Below are positions 41,201-50,160 of a stretch of 64,000 nt of DNA, piece after piece. The notes under the pieces are model-generated. The model was given only the letters and a program-made list of their open reading frames with translations, was not told the DNA's origin and did not search any database. The stretch lies in IMG/VR virus record IMGVR_UViG_2049941000_000011; one strand, given 5' to 3'. Each line of letters starts with the position of its first letter. Position 1 is the first letter of the stretch. The translations under genes and the position numbers were made by a program. This stretch comes from an uncultured virus (IMG/VR IMGVR_UViG_2049941000_000011). Lineage: Duplodnaviria > Heunggongvirae > Uroviricota > Caudoviricetes.

Positions 41201-44148
41201 GCGACACCTCCGGCGCTAGGTTTTCCATTATAGTGGTCAAATCTACTATATTGTGTACCCATCGTTTCAGATAAATCTTGGAATTGATCAGCATATTTAT
41301 TTGGAATTTGTGCTTTTTTAGCTTCTAGTTGCGCTAACTGTAATTTTTTATACGCTTCCAACGATTTCTCATCGTTTTTCTTAATAGCTTCAATGGTGTC
41401 ATATAATGATCCAGGACCACCGAGATATAAGTCTAAAGTTTTTCTGAGGTCTTTATTATCGTTTTCATATAAGGTCGATAGTAATTCAGTAATGCCTTCA
41501 TTAAATTCAGCACTACCAAATTGAGCATGCCCAATATTTTCAATATTGTTATTAATAGAATCTAATTTTTGCAACATTTTAGCCGCATCTTTAGCCGCTT
41601 TGTTAGCAATATCTCTAGCCTTATCAATACTACCAGCAATTTTTTCACCAATACCGATAATATTATCAAAGAACGATCCAATGCCAAACGGAATAAGGGC
41701 TAAAATAGCCGAGACTGCTCCAGCAGTTTCTTGTGCAGCCTCCGAAGACTCAACTAAACTATCCTCGTATTTGTGAGTAGCGCCAGATGTTTTATAAGCA
41801 ATTAATGCGCTAGAAAGGCTACTTATAATCATAGATACGCCAGCGAGAATAGCAGAGAAGGAGCCCCCTCCTGCAGCAGCAGCAGTCGCACCAGCAGCAT
41901 TTGCACCGCCGGCACCAGCGCCACCTCCTGCAGCAGCTATATTTGCAGCGTTTGCTGCTCCTTGTACATTTGTACCTAATAAATGAGTATTATGTATAAC
42001 ATCCGATATGCCTTGTCCAGCTTTTTGAACTAACGATTTACCCATTAATGCTTTAACATCTTCAACAGCATGAAGAATCATAGGTAACCATTTAACAAAC
42101 CATGGTAAGAGATGTTCTACAACCCAAGTAAGGCCTTTGGTAACATCTGTTAATGTCTTATTAATTTGTGCATTATTTACTAGTTGTTTAATTGCATCAT
42201 CTAAACTTGCTTTCGCTGCTTCATATGATTCTTGATATGATTTATATTTCTTATCGGCTGTACCTGCAGAGTTTTCAGATACTTCAAGATTTCTCTTATA
42301 CTTATCATAGTTTTCCATGAGAGTAAGGAAGGCTTCTTGTTGTCTAGTGCCCGCAAAACTTGTAGAAATAGCTCTTTTTGTAACATTATCTAAATCACTC
42401 CAACGTTCTGCTAATTCATCAATAATGACATCGAAATCTTTAAAGTGTAAATTAGCGTCTCTAATAGAAATACCTAATTTCTTCAAAACTTTTTCAACAT
42501 CATTTAGGTCTTGAGAATTATCCATTGTTTCAGCGTTAACATTTAATTTATTATATGCCCCAGCTTTAACGTTACCGTAACGAGACATAATCATCTTTAA
42601 TGAACTACCAACTGCAGAGCCACTGTTTTGAGTAACTTCAGCGATAGTCGCGACATATGCCGCTGCTTGGTCAAGATTAACACCATTAACATTTGCTAAG
42701 TTTGCAAATTGAGAAAGACCCTCAGCGATTTCACCCGCTGTGACAGCTGCTTGCATATCAATAGCTGTTAATTTATCAACAACCTTAATACTCTCATTTG
42801 AAGCCATCTTAAAGCCTTTTAATGCGCTTGTTAAATCTTGTGTAGCTTTAGTCATATCAATCATACCAAGTTTACTTAATTTAGTAGTTGAAGTAACTAA
42901 TTCCATAACATCGGCTGTATCATAACCTTGTCTATAGAAATCTCTAGCTGCACCTAGAACGTCTTGTGCAGTGGTGCCTAATTCTTTAGATAAATTAATG
43001 AATTGTCCTGTCAATTGTTGAGCAGCAGCTCTAGTTGTTCCTGTAACAATACGGATTTCAGTCATAGATTTATCTAATTCCTTAGCAATCTTAATAGCTT
43101 CGGTGAGACCTTTCCTCAAAATTTGGAAAAATTTCATAATAGCTCCGCCATTTACCATTCTTTCGAACCACCAAACGATACGGCCGTCTAATGAATAATA
43201 TGCGGAAGACCTCTTGGAACCTGCACCAGCTGCGCCTGCAGCGCCTTTAAGAGCTTGAGAATTCTTATAATTATATTGATTCTTTTGTAAAGCTAAATGA
43301 ATTTGATAACGACGCTCCAAATCAGCAGTATCGATACCTTCTGTTTTCTTTAATTTTTCAATCTTCGCTTCGCGACCAGCGATGTTGCCTTTTAATAAAT
43401 CGTTTTGGTCTTTTAAACTTTTAGCGTATTCAAGAGATTCAGCCGTATTTTCTTTTTGTAATTTTTCAATTTGATGTTCGTTATCTAAAATCTTTAATTG
43501 ATCTTGTAAATTTTCGTCAAATTGTTTCCTAACACGACTCATCACGCGTTCGAGTTTTTCTTCTGGAGCAAGTTCGGCTGCTTCTGCAACTTTGTCCTTA
43601 CCCTTCTTACCAGAACCGCCACCTCCAAAAGGTCCAGTGCCCTTTGGATAATTATTTACGTTATTTTCAACATGCTTAATGTTAATATTTTCTGCAGTAA
43701 TCTTCATGTGTTCTACATGTTGAATACCTTTGTGAATAATTTCTTGTTTGTCTGCTGCGCTCATTCTTGATGGTGTTGCAGCTTCTGAGGATGATAGTGC
43801 TGCTTCGACTTTATCTTCTACGACTTCTTTAACGGTTTCTTGAACAGCTTGAATTTCTTTTGTAGAAGGTTTAGTTGCCTTACCGCTACCTCTAGGTCTT
43901 CCTCTTTTTTTTGCAGAAGACACTGGTTCAGAAGCTGAAGAAGACGCCACTGGGGCATCTATAACAGGAGCGGCAGTAGTATCTCCTAGCAGAGATTCGG
44001 CTGAAATTTGCTCATTGCGCTTTTCAAACTCCTCATTTAATCCCACGACGGTGATCTCATTTGGGTCACCTACAGGAACATTAACATTTTGAGAAGATGG
44101 TATATCATCAACCCACGGTCCTTTTAATTGTTTAATTTCTCCGTCATA
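38230..44148 (-). CDS. Tape measure protein (core and C-terminal part); both ends at gaps
   Basis: ELDKSMTEIRIVTG...VVDKLTAID...GSSLKMIMSR...FAGTRQQ TP901-type core, hydrophobic Gly/Ala segment, long coiled coils, VNELGTEAII. Confidence 0.9.
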   Translation of the reverse strand, partial: YDGEIKQLKGPWVDDIPSSQNVNVPVGDPNEITVVGLNEEFEKRNEQISAESLLGDTTAAPVIDAPVASSSASEPVSSAKKRGRPRGSGKATKPSTKEIQAVQETVKEVVEDKVEAALSSSEAATPSRMSAADKQEIIHKGIQHVEHMKITAENINIKHVENNVNNYPKGTGPFGGGGSGKKGKDKVAEAAELAPEEKLERVMSRVRKQFDENLQDQLKILDNEHQIEKLQKENTAESLEYAKSLKDQNDLLKGNIAGREAKIEKLKKTEGIDTADLERRYQIHLALQKNQYNYKNSQALKGAAGAAGAGSKRSSAYYSLDGRIVWWFERMVNGGAIMKFFQILRKGLTEAIKIAKELDKSMTEIRIVTGTTRAAAQQLTGQFINLSKELGTTAQDVLGAARDFYRQGYDTADVMELVTSTTKLSKLGMIDMTKATQDLTSALKGFKMASNESIKVVDKLTAIDMQAAVTAGEIAEGLSQFANLANVNGVNLDQAAAYVATIAEVTQNSGSAVGSSLKMIMSRYGNVKAGAYNKLNVNAETMDNSQDLNDVEKVLKKLGISIRDANLHFKDFDVIIDELAERWSDLDNVTKRAISTSFAGTRQQEAFLTLMENYDKYKRNLEVSENSAGTADKKYKSYQESYEAAKASLDDAIKQLVNNAQINKTLTDVTKGLTWVVEHLLPWFVKWLPMILHAVEDVKALMGKSLVQKAGQGISDVIHNTHLLGTNVQGAANAANIAAAGGGAGAGGANAAGATAAAAGGGSFSAILAGVSMIISSLSSALIAYKTSGATHKYEDSLVESSEAAQETAGAVSAILALIPFGIGSFFDNIIGIGEKIAGSIDKARDIANKAAKDAAKMLQKLDSINNNIENIGHAQFGSAEFNEGITELLSTLYENDNKDLRKTLDLYLGGPGSLYDTIEAIKKNDEKSLEAYKKLQLAQLEAKKAQIPNKYADQFQDLSETMGTQYSRFDHYNGKPSAGGVAADVGVALGGAAVGTGIAVGSMVGTGIALGAGSLAVAGGLSLLGPIGLLLGVGFGIFAAIKMGIAQAEEDEKRHALESEWNRKTTSEQMNAIQDRIEEWQADTENNHAEDIKNAEELLATLKEQNAMISQMMDERNDISLRQGLIDAKYQDQYIQDMSIAQLKNLGNEQILQAIGESAEDHGFDGYTLFDNGKLTDAGYDYLMRQVKNLGDDEISAVLSGQAYTLSEALKLREKLGNTKQVQRILESFAASLGTTVDQLEAVESKYGSLTLADTYLSTTELANEISKYTGLLDSITTGAGNVSAWMNEIINQFPDLIAYMSDIPTLFSKIGTKLKNLSNQYVNAQYTAVSSDETTYSTIKEKFYERIGDSDITKLLDKENITSISAVTDWLKKEYLSNGKLSDRGQKVLDSLKEIVDQFDLSITSSVLKGRYDHIINFRTQVLDQELNNLNEQKEALQDINKQREYENSLIEAKLKLENAMQEKKRVYRAGVGWVYESDQNAIIDAQKNISDLENRKTVSELETQIAELESQKADLSSIYEKQNFELLSKLYDDYIKEAEKDGNFYETAEDLYQSIVAGINGVEEKLSNLIQNSSDTDAAEKTKAVEEARKAWNVLTNSKPGSRSFNTALSNFHTAMQNAKNVGMTEEDTQTWGSSVAMGNGEKVGAWAASNGKESEQRYTPKMVFDLENPHDTSEYYKGTSNMELMTDSSIAAEILEDLKDPHDSYMWLKNGDGKGFYPSDSTVYQAVDSDDTLQDYVDRLYQKGVSEYVILGIGSDYYGDYAVYVKDGKVYKVNGDSGKNNNLSNGDKGKNWRPQFDEVYTPDYTDLADGKYTGDLSFAGGPVMVNELGTEAIITPQGTLTSLPSQTGIIPADITKNLWALGDVAPNLMRMLELHLSNPKFTGVGTSTDESININTINMQVXXXXXXXXXXXXXXXXXXXXXXXXXXXXXXXXXXXXXXXXXXXXXXXXXXXXXXXXKDLFKTYMSYK

Positions 44149-44299
44149 NNNNNNNNNNNNNNNNNNNNNNNNNNNNNNNNNNNNNNNNNNNNNNNNNNNN
44201 NNNNNNNNNNNNNNNNNNNNNNNNNNNNNNNNNNNNNNNNNNNNNNNNNNNNNNNNNNNNNNNNNNNNNNNNNNNNNNNNNNNNNNNNNNNNNNNNNNN

Positions 44300-47200
44300 G
44301 AATTTTTCACGAATTTTTTCTTCAGATTCATGTAAAAATACAGCGAGAGTATATCCCTTAGCGTCACCCTTAGCTGTTGGGCATCTAACATATTCATGTC
44401 TACCAATATTATTTCCACATTCATAAATATAAATTCTACCAGCAAGTTCTCCATCGTCAGCGAGAAATCTAACAGCTGCATAATTCTTATTATCGCTATC
44501 TCCATAAACATAGTATAAACCATCTTTAATTTGAGTTTCACGCCACTTTGCCAAACGTTTTGCCGCCGAGCGATCTTTCTTAGTATCATAACGTGATACA
44601 CGATCATCTATATCAGACAAACCAGCCACAAAATTATCTTGTGCCTCTTTGTTTGCATGCATAGCTGTAACGGTAGAACCTTGTAAAACCAAATTTTCTA
44701 AGGCTCCATCAGACCCCGTCATAGTATCGAGTTTAGCATGTTCGCCGATTTGTTTTTCTATAACATCGATTAACGAATCTTTTCCGCCACTATTAACTTC
44801 AGCATATTGTGCACTGTCTTCACATTGCTTGTAATATGCAGCTAAACTGTGTAAAACATTACGAACACTACCGTCTTCTCCGGCTATTGTTTCCAACCAA
44901 ACAGAATCTGTCGCCTGGCCTCCGAGGTACCATAAAATATAACCCCAGTCATATCCAGCGTCTAAAAGAGCATCAATTTCTTCTCTTAGTCTCATAGTAG
45001 CTGCCATTTGAGTAGATTGTTCAGAAGTTAAATTTGCTTTGACAAATTCAGCTGGGTTAGCTGTTAATTCATCATTATGATCTTTTTGATAATTTTTAAA
45101 TAATTTACCAATAGCTGAAGCATAAATATCTTTAGCATAGTATAAATAAGATAGTTTATGAGCAACTTTTGTAGAATTTAATATTTTATCATCTGGATTA
45201 AANNNNNNNNNNTCTAATAATTCATCTTCTAACAAACTATCTCTACGAGGATCAAATTTAGCATCTTCATCAGCAAGAATTTTAGCTGCGTCTGCAGGCA
45301 TCATTTCCATAATACCCTTATCATTTATACCATAACTCTTGAATACACCATTAACCAAGTGCAACATACTTTGATCTGATGATGCTTTAATAGCTTTATC
45401 TATATCATTAATAGAAGAAAAACCAGCCATTCTAGATTTGATGAATTTACTTTTAGTTTGTTCAGATAATTTTGAAATATCTATATCACTCAAATCATGC
45501 CATGGGTGGTCACCTTTCATCCAATCTTCTTTAGAGCCACCTTGTTTAATAAAATCATAAAAATCACCCCAATATTGTTTTTCTCGAGGTAAAAATGTTT
45601 TATTTAACCAACTGTCTGGTTCAATTAAATTATTATTAATACCATTAATGGCTGATAATGTCATTTGATATTGCTCAGCATTTAATCTGTTCCAGGCTTG
45701 CGGGATTTGCAGATTTTCTTCTAGAATACCGACCATGTGATCATATAGTTTTTGTCTCTTAGCTGGCGATTGTCCTGCAATCATTGACATCCAACCAGAA
45801 AAAGATCTCGCTCCAATATCAATTCCATAGTCTCCTTGAGAAATAGTTCGATCCTTCATTGGATCTGCGTAAGCAGTATATTTATTTTTTAATACATCAA
45901 ACATTTCTTGGATAGGTTTATCATCATCGGATACTTTTCCATCTTTTCCTATAAATGATCTCGTACGAATTTGTCTTTGGAAATACCCCCTGTCATAACC
46001 AGGAACGCTCATGATTAAATCATGTAAAGCTTCAGCACCTCCACCATTTTGAGCAAAATGACGAGCCCATTCGGTTAAACTTTTACCATTAATAGTGCGC
46101 ACTGGTACATTTTTTCCATCTTCAGTTACCCAATTACGAGTACCTAAAGTTGTACCTACTCCACCACGGCCTAATATGCCAACAGCTTTTTTATATAATT
46201 TTTCTTTTTCTTCAGGGGTTTTTGCATTTTGCACTTGAAGAGAAATATCGATACATTCTAAAATCTTTTTTAGACCTAGATCATTAATATCAACTAAACC
46301 AGCAGATTGATCATTATTTCTTGGTAAATGAATAATTTTACCCTTATTGTCTAATTTAATTCCGTTGATTCGAGCTAATAATCTTAACAAATTAATTTGT
46401 AAACCATAATCAGCTCCAATGGATCCAGAACTTTTTAAGTCTGTAATCATAGCACCAAAAATTTGGTCTAATGTTCCAGCAATATTAACTTCGCGTCCAT
46501 TAATATTAATACGAGCTCCTAAAGCCTGCTCTGTAGCAGTTGCATTTTTATTACCAAGGCCCATTGAATCTTTTAGTCGTAAATAATCATTAAGATTTTT
46601 TTCTAATGATGCAATAATTTTTTGTTGAGCTTTATCAGTTCTATCATATATATGACCGTTTTTTCCATAGCTGTATAAAAAACCAGCTGCATCAGCTTGA
46701 TCTTCTGCTCTGGCGCTTTGAGCTAATTTTTTTACAAAGGATTCTACATCTTTATTTTTTACAGTCATTCCCGTGTGAGGTTTACCAAAAACATTAGATT
46801 TTTCGAGTTCTTCTATGGCTCTATGTAATAAAGTACCATAAGCCGTAGCATCAGTATCACCTTGATTTTCTTTTTTATAATATTCTGTAAAATTTTTAGT
46901 AAGTTGTGTAACAGAATAAATCGGATCCTTACCATATTTTTTCTTATCAGAAGCACCTTTCAAAACATATTCATGTTTTCTACGTTGAATACCATTAAGA
47001 ATTTCAATTGATGTATCTAAAGCAACATTTAAAGCTTTGGCTTGAACAATACCATTATTTAAATTCTTACGATATTCTTTAATTTTAGGATTACTTTCTG
47101 TTTTTTTTACCTCTTTAGTTAAAGCCAAGAGTTTATTCATTTTATCTTTAATTTTATTATATTCTGCTTCTTTGTCTAAGCTTTCAAGATNNNNNNNNNN

Positions 47201-47361
47201 NNNNNNNNNNNNNNNNNNNNNNNNNNNNNNNNNNNNNNNNNNNNNNNNNNNNNNNNNNATTGTGAAGGGTTGCTCTTAAACCACTCTGTTATTTCATCAA
47301 GTTGTTTTTGTAATTCAGCAATTTCTTTCATTGATTGCTTATCTTCCATGTTGTTTGCCAT
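44300..47361 (-). CDS. Large protein with a PD-(D/E)XK-like domain; probable N-terminal part of the tape measure protein
   Basis: Starts MANNMED after AGGAGG; open frame runs into gaps on both sides; YSVTQL, YGTLLH, IAGTLD, TDLKSS, YGLQINL motifs. Confidence 0.65.
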
Positions 47362-47380
47362 ATTCAACCCTCCTAAACAT

Positions 47381-47408
47381 AAAAAAGAACTACCCATTCG
47401 GGCAGTTC
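47381..47408 (-). terminator. Intrinsic terminator closing the large ncRNA unit
   Basis: GAACTGCCC-GAAT-GGGTAGTTC followed by T6. Confidence 0.85.
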
Positions 47409-47425
47409 ATAATTTTTAACATAAC

Positions 47426-48042
47426 TGTTCTTTGATAAGTAATTTAACATTGAGACTTTTCTTCATCTTACAACACTTTTATCATGTTTTATTCACACAC
47501 ATTCACGGAGGTCTGAGCGAAAAGGAGCTACCTTTAGGCTTCCTCAATGGGGTAAAACCCGAACAATGGCTAGAATCAAATAGATTGTATTTGTATTCTG
47601 CAACTTTCACCGAACTTCAGAATTTTTTAAGGTTCATCAGTTACTATTACTCATAACTCATGCACAACGTATCATATTTGAGCTGTGTCATACGGCTACT
47701 TGCACACTTACTAACTCTTATACATAACTTACGTTACTTCAAGACACTTCCTTACTTTGAGAACCCAGCTATCAAGTTTCTCAGGCTTGTAACTAATGGT
47801 GAGATGTATTTCTACAGAGCTTCTTGTGGGACGAGCTGTAAGCTTGTTTAAACACCGATAATATGTTGCACTGACATCTCCGCTCGTAAATCGTAGCTTA
47901 CGAGAGAACTCTGATGTTACCTACCAGAGTTTTTTACGTACGACCAGTATCCCAGCCTTATTGCTATTTCATCAAGATGCCATCCCTGCAAGACGTAATC
48001 CTCTTCACAGGGTTCAACTAATAAATTACTTGTCAAAGAACA
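47426..48042 (-). ncRNA. Large structured ncRNA (~575 nt) in a 21-bp terminal stalk; ROOL-like candidate
   Basis: No credible ORF; inverted repeat 47426-47446 / 48022-48042 (20 of 21 match); own promoter and terminator; near tRNAs; size fits ROOL. Family assignment unverified. Confidence 0.7.
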
Positions 48043-48098
48043 ATTTGGTTTTAACAACTTTTCCTTGTTGAATTCTTTTATAGTGAATTACGCTATTT

Positions 48099-48127
48099 AG
48101 TATATATGGTATTTATATTCTTGTCAA
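48099..48127 (-). promoter_or_regulatory. sigmaA-type promoter of the large ncRNA
   Basis: TTGACA-17-TATACT. Confidence 0.8.
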
Positions 48128-48182
48128 ACATTTTTTTTATTTTGTCTCAGATATAAATATTTGACTCAACCTTTTACACTCT

Positions 48183-48494
48183 CTAGAATGGTAAATTGAA
48201 GAATGTTGCAAACAATTCAGAAAGAGTTGGACCCTTCGATGTTGTAACACTTGTTTGTGTGTGATGATAGCTCTTATAATCTTGAATAAAGCTATTAAGA
48301 GCATCTTGATATTTCTTTCTAGCTTCTAAATAAGCAGCTTCTAGAGTTTCAACCTCTTTTGCTCTTTCAGCTCTTTTCTTTTTGAAATCTTCAATTTGAG
48401 CTTGTTTCTCATCATACTTTTTTTCATCTGCTTCTAAATCTTTTTTAGATTCATAGATTTTACCAGTTTTTTCACTTTTAAATAATTCAATCAT
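48183..48494 (-). CDS. Small coiled-coil protein (103 aa)
   Basis: AGGAGG SD before MIELFKSEK; the longer tracked ORF overlaps tRNA-Gln and is over-extended. Confidence 0.75.
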   Translation of the reverse strand: MIELFKSEKTGKIYESKKDLEADEKKYDEKQAQIEDFKKKRAERAKEVETLEAAYLEARKKYQDALNSFIQDYKSYHHTQTSVTTSKGPTLSELFATFFNLPF

Positions 48495-48574
48495 TTTTAA
48501 GTCCTCCTGTTGACTTTGCGAATAAAATCCTATTTTTATTCCGCATAATAACTGTGTATCTGAGACCATACACT

Positions 48575-48649
48575 TGGCAGGGAAAGAAGGGTTCGAACCT
48601 TCGCATCCAAGATTCAAAGTCTCGTGCCTTACCACTTGGCTACTTCCCT
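48575..48649 (-). tRNA. tRNA-Gln(TTG)
   Basis: AGGGAAG/TTTCCCT-G-CCA, anticodon arm CGAGA-CTTTGAA-TCTTG, T-loop TTCGAAC. Confidence 0.92.
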
Positions 48650-48670
48650 ATTTTATCCAATTAACTTCAA

Positions 48671-48696
48671 AGCAGTTTTGCGACTTGCTCGGGTCG
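48671..48696 (-). repeat. H-type pseudoknot motif (related copies at 50111-50136 and, degenerate, 48764-48787)
   Basis: CGAC-CCGAGCAA-GTCG-CAAAAC-TGCT. Confidence 0.6.
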
Positions 48697-49052
48697 GGGA
48701 GTAGAACTATCGTCCATCGTCCTCGTCCTCATCTCAATTAAGCTCCGCATGGACTATGTGAGCAGCAGTTTAACGACATGTCGGTCAACCGATACAATTA
48801 TTTTTAAATCTATATTACTCTATCGGCTAAGTATGAGATTTATATAAACTTTCTTCCTGTTGGTAGAAAGATCACATATTTATGAAAGAGGGTATCTCCT
48901 TTTCTCCAATAAGCAGCCGCAGCTATTTATTGTCCACAAACGCCGTGCACGACGATAGAGATTAGGTGTGGCATCGGCGCCCCTCGCGCCCATTATCCCT
49001 CGTTATTTCGCAAGACACCCCCTGGCCAGAGGATATCAAGTTACTCTCTATT

Positions 49053-49129
49053 TGGTTGGAATGACAGGATTCGGACCTGCGACCTTCTGCTCCCAAAGCA
49101 GACGCGATACCAAGCTACGCTACATTCCA
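49053..49129 (-). tRNA. tRNA-Pro(TGG)
   Basis: TGGAATG/CATTCCA-A-CCA, anticodon arm TCTGC-TTTGGGA-GCAGA; atypical T-loop TCCGAAT. Confidence 0.88.
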
Positions 49130-49193
49130 ATATTTGTGTGGGCTCAACCCCACTTGCAGACCCTTTTGCCTGGAGTTCCCCAGCTTTTCTAAT

Positions 49194-49356
49194 AGTCTAT
49201 ATCTGATGCTCGGGTCATTGGAACGCTGTGTCCTCAAAGATAGGCCCGATGTTTTTTTATTCTTACACATCATTAAACTTTAGTAGTCCACTTACTTAAT
49301 CCTTATCTGGCCAAAAAACGAACCCTAGAATCCTAGGAACCAGCATCAGACTAAAC
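49194..49356 (-). ncRNA. Rod-like hairpin RNA with central bubble (6S-like candidate)
   Basis: Closing helix TCTGATGCT/AGCATCAGA, inner GGCC.GAT/ATC.GGCC helix, unpaired centre. Confidence 0.4.
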
Positions 49357-49372
49357 AACATTCAGTACCAGG

Positions 49373-50150
49373 TGGTGGAACTTATTTGACTCATCCTTTT
49401 ATCAGGGACATTACTGCGGGATCGAGGGTTTACTCTCCTCTTAACATGGAGTCTTCATGGGTTTATAGTTTTCCTTCTGATGGTCTTCTACAATGTCTCT
49501 ATTGCTCTTGCGTGCGGTCTCTACCAGTAGCCCAACGAAGTCTCTTGACAGGAGCTCTCTCTATCCCAATGCAAGTCCAAGGATAGCCGTCAACGCTCGG
49601 CCTAACTCTCTACTTAGTGTAGTTAGACTTTGCCTCTCACGTAAGAACGCGGGTTACCCCGCAGCCGGCAAACACCCCGACTCTCCCTTTTACGTTATGA
49701 GGCCTAGAGACTTACATGCTCTAACATGGGTTTATATGGTTTTCCTTCCACATTAATTTTGGCCCTTTAAGCGTCGGGTCAGAAACGCTCGCATTCGCGA
49801 CACAGGTGTGGACGTATCCTATCCTGCTTTCCTATTGTAAAGAGGAACTTCACAAAAGTTCCCCAGCGAGCCATCGGCTCTAATAATGTAATACAATTTG
49901 TTTTCGTTCGAAGCAGACAAATCATAACTGCTATATTATCTATGAATCCGCAAACGCATAGATACTATCTGTTTAATAAAGCTTTCAGGGGTTATAGCTT
50001 CATATGACTTTAATCTTTAACAGATTCATGTTTTACGAATTTACCCTGCAGCGGCTACTTCAACCCGAAAAGTCCGGTGCATTTAAAGACTCACCAGCGT
50101 CTTTGTCTATGGCAGTTTAACGTCATGCCAGGGACGTGTGTCTAATTTCA
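49373..50150 (-). ncRNA. Structured non-coding transcript region of unknown family
   Basis: Higher GC than flanks, no credible minus-strand ORF, many hairpins and pseudoknots, duplicated motif; downstream of a consensus promoter. Confidence 0.6.
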
Positions 50151-50160
50151 AAGTAATTAT

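Noticed and set aside
44300..44607. Tracked N-terminus (MIVYHVM...) of the 2125-aa tape measure ORF
   Set aside because: It is an alternative frame of the upstream 998-aa ORF, joined only through an N gap of uncertain length
49795..49840. RNase P RNA
   Set aside because: The GAGGAAAGTCC core and matching 3' P4 strand are not present
49373..49862. tmRNA-like reading: GGAACTT/AAGTTCC-ACCA stem, PK1-like pseudoknot and short ORF VEGKPYKPMLEHVSL
   Set aside because: No T-arm, no G3-U70 pair, ~490 nt is too long, the tag lacks an Ala-rich end, and GGAACTT has a closer local partner; ARAGORN would settle it
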